This document shows, in pieces, positions 1 through 7,923 of a DNA stretch of 14,675 bases. The position numbers and the translations under genes were made by a program. Below the pieces are notes generated by a model. It ran no database searches, had not been told where the DNA came from, and saw only the letters and a program-made list of their open reading frames with translations. Source of the stretch: Candidatus Jordarchaeia archaeon (lineage in GTDB: Archaea > Asgardarchaeota > Jordiarchaeia > Jordiarchaeales > Jordiarchaeaceae); contig JAHQXB010000046.1 in the NCBI GenBank assembly GCA_029856435.1, forward strand, positions 1 through 14,675. Direction: 5' to 3'. Position 1 is the first letter of the stretch. Each line of letters begins with the position of its first letter.

Positions 1-65
1 TGGATGGTTTGCGTCGTGGCGCCCAGTGGTTGTTTTGCCTCTTTGAGGGTGTATAATCGCTCCAT
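1..65 (-). CDS. tnpA: IS607-family transposase/serine resolvase TnpA, N-terminal MerR-like HTH (partial, runs off the window edge)
   Basis: Manual translation of the minus strand from ATG at 65 gives MERLYTLKEAKQPLGATTQTI(Q), resembling the winged-HTH start of archaeal IS607 TnpA (consensus-like MERLYTLKEAxxxLGVTTxTIxRW). In-frame ATGs also occur at 71 and 89. Not in the ORF track because it is truncated. Confidence 0.65.
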   Translation of the reverse strand, partial: MERLYTLKEAKQPLGATTQTI

Positions 66-112
66 AGGCATCTTGCTGTAGTTCAGCATAATTCTAATTA
101 AACCGCTATTTT
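1..112 (-). mobile_element. Probable left end of an IS607-like element inserted in the antitoxin gene
   Basis: The tnpA-like start is preceded by an AT-rich TATA-like TTTAATTA (plus 95-102). The antitoxin-like frame on the plus strand begins at about 102-114 without a start codon. The exact junction cannot be determined from this window. Confidence 0.45.
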
Positions 113-293
113 AGAACTGTTAGCATGGGCGAAATTACCTGAGAATGGTTTCTGTGAAGCAACAGTTGTTGGGGACGAAATAAGGATAAGACGTCCAGTA
201 TCAGAAGAACTCAATTTAACTAAAATGTTAAAGTCTCCCAAAAGGCAAAGCATCGAAGACGTGATTAAGGCCGAGGAAATTGAGGATGTCTAG
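102..293 (+). pseudogene. AbrB/MazE(SpoVT)-like antitoxin remnant, N-terminally truncated
   Basis: Open frame TAILELLAWAKLPENGFCEATVVGDEIRIRRPVSEELNLTKMLKSPKRQSIEDVIKAEEIEDV* follows a TAA at 99-101 and has no start codon before M at 226. It resembles the second half of an AbrB fold. Its stop (291-293) overlaps the PIN gene start (286), the usual vapBC arrangement. Confidence 0.6.
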
Positions 294-796
294 CTTCATT
301 TTGGTAGACACAAATATCTGGCATTTTGCCCTAGTTAAACCAGTCGAAGAACCATTCTGGGAAATCCATAAACTGGCTAGGAAATTCTTATATCCATAAA
401 CTGGCTAGGAAATTCTTATACTCTATAGTTGGCGATCCTAATCTACGTATTGCCCTTAGCTGCTATCAGGTAGGGGAAATACTAGAAGTGCTCAGGAGAT
501 CAAATCTGAGTGTCGATTCAAGGTTAAAGTTATTGGAGGATTTTGAGAAGGGAAAATTTTTCATAAAGCCCTTAGACTTCCCCGTAGTCATAAGTGCGGT
601 TAAAGACAGCGCGGAATCAAAAATTCACATCTATGACTACTTAGTCGCCTATCCCTTAAAAGAGATTGTTACTAGGATCTATTCCGCCGATTCCCACTTC
701 GTGCATCCACACTTCCAAAACATCGCAGAAGTAAAAAATCCTATAAGCCCCTGGATAATCACGGAGGGAAAAAAACCAGAAAAAGCTTCCCAATAA
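286..796 (+). pseudogene. vapC: PIN-domain (VapC-like) toxin, frameshifted by a 28-bp tandem duplication
   Basis: ATG at 286 gives MSSFILVDTNIWHFALVK... and stops at TAA 397-399. Removing one 28-bp copy restores a 160-aa frame that joins the 488..796 ORF and carries PIN motifs LVDTN, GEILEVL, HIYDYLV and YSADSHF. Confidence 0.85.
364..419 (+). repeat. Perfect 28-bp tandem duplication (ATCCATAAACTGGCTAGGAAATTCTTAT x2)
   Basis: Identical copies at 364-391 and 392-419, read directly from the sequence. Confidence 0.97.
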
Positions 797-925
797 CGTC
801 CATATGGAAATATGTTTAATAATTTTACCACTATTCTGTTCTGTCTAACGCCTCTAGATGGTGAAGAACTCACCACCACATTCATCACAACTTTACTGTA
901 AAAACCATCCACAGAGGTTTCTGGA

Positions 926-1480
926 GTGACAAGCAGCACAACCTATCCCGAACAGTTTCAAACTATTCTCAGAGCCAAGGATGGAACCGAAGTACTGGTA
1001 AGACCTCTAAAACCCGAAGATCGGGAAAAACTGTATCAAATGTATAGCACCCTCTCCAAAGAAACAAACTATCTACGTTTCCTAATCCGAAAACCCATAA
1101 CCAGATGGCTTGTGGAGAAGTGGACCGAAATAGACTATCGGGAAAAGATGGCCCTAGTTGCCCTAGTCACTAGGAACGGGGAGCAAGAAATAATTGCGGA
1201 CTCCCGCTTCTACGTGGACAAAGCTACCGGGGAAGCTGAGATTGCCATGGTGGTACACGACAACTGGCAGAACAGAGGAATAGGAACCCAACTCCTCCAA
1301 TACACCATTGAGGTTGCCAGAAAAATGGGCGTCAAGGGACTATTCGCCTACATCAACCCCGAAAACAAGAGAATAATTCACATCACAAACAAGCTAGGCT
1401 TCAAAGCCAGTTGGATATCAGAAACCATCGAGTACAAAATCTACCTACCACTAACTAAAATGGCCAAAAACACAGGATAA
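926..1480 (+). CDS. GNAT acetyltransferase, stand-alone Pat/PatZ-type domain
   Basis: Pat-like pattern DGTEVLVRPLKPED...LS.ETNYLRF...IDYREKMALVA...EAEIAMVVHDNWQNRGIGTQLL...NKRII...KLGF, with acetyl-CoA-binding motif A (QNRGIG). GTG start. Confidence 0.88.
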   Translation: MTSSTTYPEQFQTILRAKDGTEVLVRPLKPEDREKLYQMYSTLSKETNYLRFLIRKPITRWLVEKWTEIDYREKMALVALVTRNGEQEIIADSRFYVDKATGEAEIAMVVHDNWQNRGIGTQLLQYTIEVARKMGVKGLFAYINPENKRIIHITNKLGFKASWISETIEYKIYLPLTKMAKNTG

Positions 1481-1487
1481 TTCCCTT

Positions 1488-1530
1488 CACCTAAAAAAAT
1501 AAAAAGGAAAAAGAGAGGGAGTAAAGAGAA
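1488..1530 (-). terminator. Pyrimidine/T-rich archaeal terminator-like tract for the ligase gene (convergent gap)
   Basis: Minus strand reads TTCTCTTTACTCCCTCTCTTTTTCCTTTTTATTTTTTT immediately after the stop at 1533. Confidence 0.55.
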
Positions 1531-1532
1531 CA

Positions 1533-3023
1533 CTATTCTAGTGGGGGTCTGGCGTCTACTACTCTTGTGGCTTTGAGGGAAACCATGGGGTCATAGATGT
1601 CGCTGGGCTTCTCAACCCACTCTATTTTGGCACTCATCTCCGCCGCTTTGGCCACTGCGTCCCTAATCTTATTCTCCAAATCTTTACGGTTGACGTCGGG
1701 AACAGGAGCTACTTTGAGCACTAATTGATCCATACTGTAGGGGTCCTTAGGGTCAGTCTTGGTAAAAACAATCTGGTACTCTGCGATTCCTCCCACATTC
1801 TCGATGGCATCTTTAAGCACTCCCGGATTAATCAGGGTGCCCTTAAACTTCACCAGTTCCTTAGTGCGGGTGGCGTAGACACTTCCAGAAACGGGCAAAA
1901 TTCGCTCCGTATTTCGGCCACAGTAGGGGCAGGTCTCGTGAGTCATGCGAACAATGTCTCCCAAAACATAGCGTAGAAGAACGGTGCCCCTCCTGTTCAA
2001 ATGAGTAATTGCAGCTACCCCCTCTTCACCGTCTGCCTTCCTCTCTCCGGTCTCCGGATCCACAACTTCAAGGAAGTACAGGCCGGGGTCTGGGTTGTGG
2101 TTTCCACCAAGCTCTGTGCATTCACTGAGGCTACCCTGGCACTCGGTGAAGCCCCATCCATTGTGTATGAAAACATCTCCTGCACCCAGATTCTTTAACC
2201 TCTTACGCATATCCTCACGCATACCCATTGGGCAGGGCTCGCCTAAAGCGTGGATTGCGCGTATGTTGGAGAAGTCTGCTTCTAGTTCCTCGGCGCGCAT
2301 AATCATTCTGCGAATGTAGCTTGCGATTCCCATAATTATTGTGCATTTGTGGTTCTCAGCAATGGCTATGGCTTCATCCATTCTTCTGAGTACAGGAAAG
2401 GTGGGATAGGCCATGCCGGTATGGCCCGCACACACAGAGGCTCCAATAGCTAGAGGGGCAGTTATGGCTCGCAGGTAGCCAATGTGGGGAACGGGGCCGA
2501 AGGGGAAACAGTCGAAAATTCTGTCGTCGGGAGTGCCCCAACTGATTTTGCTGCTTCGGATGAGGAACTGGAGCAATGCGTATTCATCGTGGGTTGTGTT
2601 CCAGAAAATGGTTGGAAAACCATAGGTGGTGCCTGTAGTCATGGTAATATTCCAGTCGATGAGTTCAAAGATTTGTCTGCCTGGAACACCTGCTAGGCGA
2701 AGCTTAAAGGAGTCGGGGGCTTTCATATAGTCCATTTTTGTTGTTAGGGGAAGTTTCTCTAGGTCGTCTACGGTTTTAATCTTTGATATGTCAATGTTTT
2801 TCTCTTTGAACAATTTACTGTAGTAGGGGCTATACTGCTGGCAGAGTTCCAGTTGAGCCTGCAGATTCTTGTTCTGAATCTCCCTAATCTCCTTCTGACT
2901 CTTAAAAGCCGGACAATTCACATCGTTTCTGTAAATGGGGTACATTTCTAGGAACTTTTTAACCTTCTCTGGAGAAATTACGTCTGGCTTCCACCAGTCG
3001 CGAATCTCATCAAGACGAGACAA
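1533..3023 (-). CDS. Phenylacetate-CoA ligase / coenzyme F390 synthetase-like AMP-forming ligase (PaaK family)
   Basis: 496 aa. Motifs: YSPYYSKLF...LEKLPLTTK; P-loop variant MTTGTTYGFP; WGFTE (YGxxE-like); YFLEVVDPETGE; PLLRY-like VLLRYVLGD; CPYCGR; C-terminal LKATRVVD. TTG start with GGAGG 10 nt upstream. Substrate unknown. Confidence 0.85.
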   Translation of the reverse strand: MSRLDEIRDWWKPDVISPEKVKKFLEMYPIYRNDVNCPAFKSQKEIREIQNKNLQAQLELCQQYSPYYSKLFKEKNIDISKIKTVDDLEKLPLTTKMDYMKAPDSFKLRLAGVPGRQIFELIDWNITMTTGTTYGFPTIFWNTTHDEYALLQFLIRSSKISWGTPDDRIFDCFPFGPVPHIGYLRAITAPLAIGASVCAGHTGMAYPTFPVLRRMDEAIAIAENHKCTIIMGIASYIRRMIMRAEELEADFSNIRAIHALGEPCPMGMREDMRKRLKNLGAGDVFIHNGWGFTECQGSLSECTELGGNHNPDPGLYFLEVVDPETGERKADGEEGVAAITHLNRRGTVLLRYVLGDIVRMTHETCPYCGRNTERILPVSGSVYATRTKELVKFKGTLINPGVLKDAIENVGGIAEYQIVFTKTDPKDPYSMDQLVLKVAPVPDVNRKDLENKIRDAVAKAAEMSAKIEWVEKPSDIYDPMVSLKATRVVDARPPLE

Positions 3024-3033
3024 ACACCTATCT

Positions 3034-3076
3034 CCTCCAAAAACCTGTTATAATAAGTTTATATCACTAATAAATA
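3034..3076 (-). promoter_or_regulatory. RBS (GGAGG, 3034-3038) and AT-rich TATA-like region for the ligase gene
   Basis: CCTCC on the plus strand at 3034-3038. Minus strand has TATTTATTA at 3068-3076 within an AT-rich block. Confidence 0.5.
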
Positions 3077-3093
3077 TACTTTGCGCAAAAACA

Positions 3094-3276
3094 GAACTTG
3101 TTAAAAAATAATTTCGTTTCTCGGTATGAACTGCGACTCTTCCAAGGTTCTGTTGTGGCGGGTGCCACCTCCTATGACGGCGGGGAGAGCATCACCGCAA
3201 ACCTGCAAGAATCACTCAAGCACCCTGCGGAAACCCCAAACCAAGAAAAACCGAACAACAATTTTTTAACAAGTTC
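3094..3276. repeat. 183-bp element with perfect 16-bp terminal inverted repeats and a GC-rich structured core (candidate MITE or ncRNA)
   Basis: GAACTTGTTAAAAAAT (3094-3109) is the exact reverse complement of ATTTTTTAACAAGTTC (3261-3276). Internal stems: GTGGC/GCCAC (3155-3168), CTCTTCC/GGGAGAG (3137-3143/3183-3189) and TGCG/CGCA (3132-3135/3196-3199). Confidence 0.6.
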
Positions 3277-3509
3277 GCAAAACCAGAACAGGTTACGCAT
3301 AATGTTGTGGTCTCATTCCCAACATGTGGCTCCAAACCACAAAAGCTACAAAAACGCTATTCCTTGCCTCTTCTGGGGCAAGATACAACGATTCTACAAT
3401 TGGCTATAGAACTGGGTTAAACGCGTTGAAGGCTTCTTATGGTCTTTGTTTGCAAAGTTTTGGCCAAGACTGATTTTGAGGTGGGTGCAAAGGTAAGCCA
3501 AGTAATTTC

Positions 3510-3515
3510 AAAAAA
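3510..3515 (-). terminator. T6 tract after iscU, possible terminator
   Basis: Six T on the minus strand about 12 nt after the iscU stop. Confidence 0.35.
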
Positions 3516-3527
3516 TAGCGATGGACT

Positions 3528-3902
3528 CTAATAGTATTTCTTTTTGTTGAGGTAGTTTTTGATTGCGGCGTGTAGTGCGGCGGCTCCTAGATTTGAACAT
3601 TCATTCTTTTTTTCTGGTAGACCGCCCAACTCTCTGGCCACATCTTCCCTTGTGATTTTGAGACCTTCTTCCAGTGTTTTTCCCTTCGCCAGTTCTGTGG
3701 TCATACTGGCAGAAGCGATTGCTGCTGGGCATCCTTTGACTTTGAACCGGATGTCCTTTATGACGTTTTTCTCTATTTTGATGTAAATGGTGACAAGGTC
3801 TCCGTCTGCTGGATTTCCAACTGAGCCGACCCCGTCGGGAAATTCGATTTCTCCCACATTTCTGGGATTTGCAAAGTGATCTATAACCTTCTTACTATAC
3901 AT
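3528..3902 (-). CDS. iscU: Fe-S cluster scaffold IscU/NifU-N-like protein with atypical ligands
   Basis: MYSKKVIDHFANPRNVG...GNPADGD...FKVKGCPAAIASASM...LGGLPEKKNECSNL. ATG at 3902 is preferred over the GTG at 3911 in the ORF track because family members start MYS. Directly downstream of iscS. Confidence 0.92.
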   Translation of the reverse strand: MYSKKVIDHFANPRNVGEIEFPDGVGSVGNPADGDLVTIYIKIEKNVIKDIRFKVKGCPAAIASASMTTELAKGKTLEEGLKITREDVARELGGLPEKKNECSNLGAAALHAAIKNYLNKKKYY

Positions 3903-3912
3903 GTCTACCACT

Positions 3913-5058
3913 TCACGCTGCAGATAGCTTTCTCAGGTCTGAAACGGTTTCTGGCAGAACCTCCAAAACATAGTTAACATCTTCTTCTGTGTTGCATTTG
4001 CCTAGGGTCAATCTAAGTGAACCATTTGCCTGTTCCGGTGTTAGGCCGATAGAGGTGAGAACATGTGAAGGTGCTCCGGAACCAGAGGAACATGCTGAGC
4101 CAGTGGAAGCAGCTACGCCCTTTGCATCTAAACGCAGTATTAGGGATTCTCCCTCCACCCGCTCAAAACTAAAGTTACAATTGTTAGGCAAACGCTGGAA
4201 TGGATGACCATTAAGCCAAGAATCATCAATTTCCAAAACCCCTTCAATCAATCTGTCTCTAAGGCTGGCCAGACGTTCAGACTCCTTCTTCATCTCTGCC
4301 TGGGAAATTTCCACCGCCTTAGCCAAACCTACAATGCCGGGCACATTTTCTGTTCCAGATCTTATTCCCCTCTCATGCCCACCCCCATGCTGTACTGGCT
4401 CTATTTTCACTCCCTCCCTCACATAGAGAACGCCCACCCCTTTCGGGCCGTATATTTTGTGGCCGGAGATTGAAAGCAAATCTACATTTAAATCATTCAC
4501 ATTGGTGGGTATTTTTCCAAAGCTTTGAACCGCATCAGTGTGCAGATATACACCATGTTCCCTAGTTATTTTCCCTATTTCTTTTATGGGCTCTATGGTT
4601 CCAATCTCATTATTAGCATGCATAATTGTAACAAGCCCAGTTTTTTCGGTGAGAGAATTCTCCAGTTGACTTAAACTGACCAAACCATGCCTATCCACTG
4701 GCAAATAGGTAACCTCAAACCCCATTTCCTGCAGATTGTTACATGTTTCCAGCACCGCATGGTGCTCTATGATACTGGTAATCATGTGTTTTTTACTCCT
4801 GTTTGCATACATGACACCCTTAATGGCCAAGTTGTCAGACTCGGTTCCCCCCGAGGTAAAAAAGATTTCATCTGGGCTGGCTCCCAAAGCCTTGGCAACA
4901 ATTTCCCGAGAATTTTCCAGAGCTTCTTTAGCCTCTCTACCAAAAGAGTGTAAACTGGAAGCATTCCCAAAATACTCCGTAAAATAGGGAAGCATCGCCT
5001 GCACCACTCTTGGATCAACGTAAGTTGTTGCAGCATGATCCATATAGACCCTTCTCAT
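3913..5058 (-). CDS. iscS: Cysteine desulfurase IscS/NifS (group I)
   Basis: VYMDHAATT, FTSGGTESDN, HTDAVQSFGK, PLP-lysine motif SGHKIYGPKG, RSGTENV and catalytic STGSACSSG. GGAGG RBS upstream. Confidence 0.96.
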   Translation of the reverse strand: MRRVYMDHAATTYVDPRVVQAMLPYFTEYFGNASSLHSFGREAKEALENSREIVAKALGASPDEIFFTSGGTESDNLAIKGVMYANRSKKHMITSIIEHHAVLETCNNLQEMGFEVTYLPVDRHGLVSLSQLENSLTEKTGLVTIMHANNEIGTIEPIKEIGKITREHGVYLHTDAVQSFGKIPTNVNDLNVDLLSISGHKIYGPKGVGVLYVREGVKIEPVQHGGGHERGIRSGTENVPGIVGLAKAVEISQAEMKKESERLASLRDRLIEGVLEIDDSWLNGHPFQRLPNNCNFSFERVEGESLILRLDAKGVAASTGSACSSGSGAPSHVLTSIGLTPEQANGSLRLTLGKCNTEEDVNYVLEVLPETVSDLRKLSAA

Positions 5059-5153
5059 TTTGCAGCGCCTCCAAGTCCATTTTTAAAATTTTATTTATTT
5101 GAAACTACTTTTCTGAAGCTTGTTTTCATTTTTCTGGTAACATCATTAGTAAT

Positions 5154-5178
5154 TTAACAATTGTTAAGAGCTTATAAA
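5154..5178 (-). promoter_or_regulatory. TATA box (TTTATAA, 5172-5178) plus adjacent perfect 14-bp palindrome TTAACAATTGTTAA (5154-5167), candidate operator of iscSU
   Basis: Both elements read directly. The palindrome lies between the TATA box and the expected start site (about 5150) of the minus-strand iscSU transcript. Confidence 0.5.
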
Positions 5179-5379
5179 GATTACTACAGCTACGCCAGAG
5201 GCGCAATTTTACTTTTTTTCAATTTACTCCAGATAATTCTGAAAAATTTTCAAATTAACAAAAGTTGCAAAAAACTATGCCGTGCAAAATTAAATTGGAA
5301 AACAGCACAGGAGCCAAAAAAGGTTCAAAATTTGAAAATACTATATAGCAGCCACTACCGCGAGGGGAGTGATAATGTT

Positions 5380-7923
5380 TCAGGAAACAAGTCGGAGCTT
5401 GTCCTCTATCTCTTTCCAAGTCGCATTGCCAGTTCTTTCCCCCAGAAATCTAATGTATTGCCTCAACTTTTCTCCACTTATCCCAGCGTGGGTTACAGCT
5501 TCAAAAATTTTTGTGATTGCTCCATTTTCTTGATGGATGGTCCAAAGTAGGTGTGCCGCGTCAACATAGTTCAGGGGAAGACCTTTCTCAATCTTTTCCT
5601 CCACAAATTCTTTTCTAGACAGGGGGGATGAGACAACCATCTTACCGCTGTTTTTAGTTTTTTCAACCAATTTTTCTTCCTCAAAAACTTTTTTCAAGTG
5701 GGAAAGTTTGTCTATGATGTCTGTACCAATCTTTTCCTTCATTGCAAAAATAGCGGCATAAATCTTTGATACGTGATCAATTTTGGGGGCCCTCTCAACC
5801 ACACGTGAAAGAAACGATTCAAACACAATATTTTCCACCTTCTCTAGGGGATTTTCAGAAACATCTACTTTTCTCTCCCCAGCTATGCCTCCACCGGTCT
5901 GGGTGTAAACTTCCAATGCCTTGCCCATTCCAACTATGAACACATCCTCCAAGCCCAAATCTGGATGCTGATTAAGAGCCTCCATAATTCCAGAGTCTAT
6001 TGTGCGGGTTAAATTTTCCCAAAAAGTTGTCCAATTGGCCTGCTGTTTCTTCTTTTCTAGGGCTTTTTTGCATACTAGGATTGCGTCATAGTTTATACGG
6101 TGTCTTCTCACCCCACTGGGCGTTTCGCCATAGGTAGGGTAAACTGCAACCACCTGGAAACCAGATTCCGTTAGTGCGTGGAGGAGAGCGGCCCAAGCAC
6201 TTGTCCTGCGGTATTGGAAAACAAAAACCAGCACTCCCTCATCCCTCAGAACCCTAAAAACTTCTCTAAAAACTTGGGTTAAACCCCACACGTAGAAATC
6301 GTTCCCCTTACCTTGAGCTTCATTAACAACAATTTCTCCCTCCCTAAGTGTGAGTGGGGAGCCAAAAACTTCAGGATACTTGTCCTTTAAGCCGAGCCTC
6401 AACCAAACGTAGAAGAAGTCCGACAATTCACTGTACATAATATTATCATAGTAGGGAGGATCAGTAAAAACTGCATCCACGACTCCATCAGGAATGAAGC
6501 TTAAATCCGTCGCAGAAGAGCATTTGAGTAGAACATTCTTGTCACCGTATAGTTCTTTGAAGTGGGAAGCAAAAACTCCTCTAATTTTATCTTCTTCCAC
6601 GAAAAACTTTTCCCACCCCCTTTTTTCCCCATTTTTCAAAGTGCGGAGTTTCAATTCGTAGGGTCGCTGCTGGTACTCTAGAGCCTTTAGTCCCTTCCTA
6701 TAATATCCCATGAAGGTCCCCCTACCATACCTTGTACCCCAAACGTTTCCCTCCACCGGAGTCATACGTGGCCAGAAGTAGCCGCCCCCAAAAAGTGGCT
6801 CCAACTTTAAACACGTCGCGTTATAAACTGTAAACATGTTGTTGGCATTCAAACAATCGGAAAAGGTGGCTAAGAAAAACTCTCTCACCCCCTCTTGCTC
6901 AATTTTTAGGATTTCGCGTAGGATGAGGCTGAGACAGTAAAGCTGTCTCTCATTAAACATTTGAAACCAGTACCTGTAGTTAAATTTCTTCATCTGACTG
7001 GTACTATAACCGTCGGGAATCTCCTGCTCCGGAATCAAAACTCCCAGAAGGCCACCCCTAATACCTTCAAACTTGTCCCTAGCCCTATGGTAAAGTTTGA
7101 AGTCCTCAGCACCAGGCTTTTTGTAGTCTCTACCGCACTGGTCACAGTAGTACTCCAGGGCGAACATTTCATGCTCCGGAGGTTCGCTTCCCCTTCTCCG
7201 CACGGCGTGTAATATTTCTCCTCTAAAATTGCAGTTTGGGCACAAGTATTTTCTACCTGCAGAGAATCCCAAATTGGGATTATACAAGAAAGAACACTTG
7301 GGACACTGGAGAGACTCTAGGCTCGGCTCATTCCTAAAAATTTCTCCACATTTTGGGCACAAGTAAACCCATTTTCCCCTCGGCTTGGCTAAAATAAAAT
7401 TTTTGTGTAGCAAAACCTCTGCATCACAGTTCTCGCACTTCAACTTCTTGACCCAAAAAATGTACATAGCGTCGGCTTCATGTTCCCTCTTGCACCATGT
7501 TTTGTAAAGTGAAAGAATCCTGCTTTTCACCGCGCTCTCTATTCTGCTGAATTCCTTCTCCACTTTTTGCTTATCCACTGATTCTAGTTCCCTCTTTGTT
7601 ATGAACCAGGCTAGGGGATTAATATCCACACCAATCATGCGGCAGCCTAGCCTATGTCCCTCAAGTATGGTGGTACCTCCACCCATGAATGGATCTAAGA
7701 CTATGGGCGGCCGTCCATCCCCATTTTTAAGCTCAACCCTCTGATAATAGTGTTTCATGGGGTTATCTTCAAGAAAAGTTCCAAGAAGGAGTGCCCTGAA
7801 GGTGCTGCCCACCCTCCGCGCAAACCACCTATGAATGTGGTAAACTGGTTTCCGCACATTGCTCTCCCTCCAAGCAAGCTCATCAATTTCATCAATTGGG
7901 AAACCTTCTAAAACATGGGGCAT
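5380..7923 (-). CDS. DUF1156-family adenine-specific DNA methyltransferase containing Zn ribbons
   Basis: 847 aa. N-terminal GFPIDEI...HIHRWFARR, SAM motif I VLDPFMGGGT, five CxxC (CENC, CPKC, CPKC, CPNC, CDQC), LFNERQL-like segment, and catalytic motif IV FTDPPYYD...YSELSDFFYVW. Confidence 0.9.
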   Translation of the reverse strand: MPHVLEGFPIDEIDELAWRESNVRKPVYHIHRWFARRVGSTFRALLLGTFLEDNPMKHYYQRVELKNGDGRPPIVLDPFMGGGTTILEGHRLGCRMIGVDINPLAWFITKRELESVDKQKVEKEFSRIESAVKSRILSLYKTWCKREHEADAMYIFWVKKLKCENCDAEVLLHKNFILAKPRGKWVYLCPKCGEIFRNEPSLESLQCPKCSFLYNPNLGFSAGRKYLCPNCNFRGEILHAVRRRGSEPPEHEMFALEYYCDQCGRDYKKPGAEDFKLYHRARDKFEGIRGGLLGVLIPEQEIPDGYSTSQMKKFNYRYWFQMFNERQLYCLSLILREILKIEQEGVREFFLATFSDCLNANNMFTVYNATCLKLEPLFGGGYFWPRMTPVEGNVWGTRYGRGTFMGYYRKGLKALEYQQRPYELKLRTLKNGEKRGWEKFFVEEDKIRGVFASHFKELYGDKNVLLKCSSATDLSFIPDGVVDAVFTDPPYYDNIMYSELSDFFYVWLRLGLKDKYPEVFGSPLTLREGEIVVNEAQGKGNDFYVWGLTQVFREVFRVLRDEGVLVFVFQYRRTSAWAALLHALTESGFQVVAVYPTYGETPSGVRRHRINYDAILVCKKALEKKKQQANWTTFWENLTRTIDSGIMEALNQHPDLGLEDVFIVGMGKALEVYTQTGGGIAGERKVDVSENPLEKVENIVFESFLSRVVERAPKIDHVSKIYAAIFAMKEKIGTDIIDKLSHLKKVFEEEKLVEKTKNSGKMVVSSPLSRKEFVEEKIEKGLPLNYVDAAHLLWTIHQENGAITKIFEAVTHAGISGEKLRQYIRFLGERTGNATWKEIEDKLRLVS

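Noticed and set aside
364-419. 28-bp repeat as a mini CRISPR array
   Set aside because: The copies abut with no spacer and lie inside a coding sequence. No cas genes are present.
488-796. 102-aa ORF as an independent gene
   Set aside because: It is the 3' part of the frameshifted PIN gene starting at 286.
3150-3235. Superficial TPP-riboswitch likeness (GGGTGC...GAGAG...AACCTG)
   Set aside because: Lacks the invariant UGAGA and the CUGAU/GUAAUGC/AGGGA core, and no thiamine gene is downstream.
3098-3409. 103-aa plus-strand ORF
   Set aside because: No recognisable motif or RBS, and it overlaps the inverted-repeat element. Probably spurious.
3216-3416. Minus-strand Cys-rich frame (SCPRRGKE*RFCSFCG...LCVTC) resembling a decayed zinc ribbon or TnpB finger
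   Set aside because: No start codon, an internal TAG and no RuvC DxNAA motif. TGT codons are expected by chance on this G/T-rich strand.
5161-5550. 129-aa plus-strand ORF, and the other short ORFs nested in or antisense to the ligase, iscS/iscU, both MTases, OsmC and the membrane protein
   Set aside because: They overlap well-supported genes or AT-rich promoter DNA and have no motifs. They are shadow ORFs.
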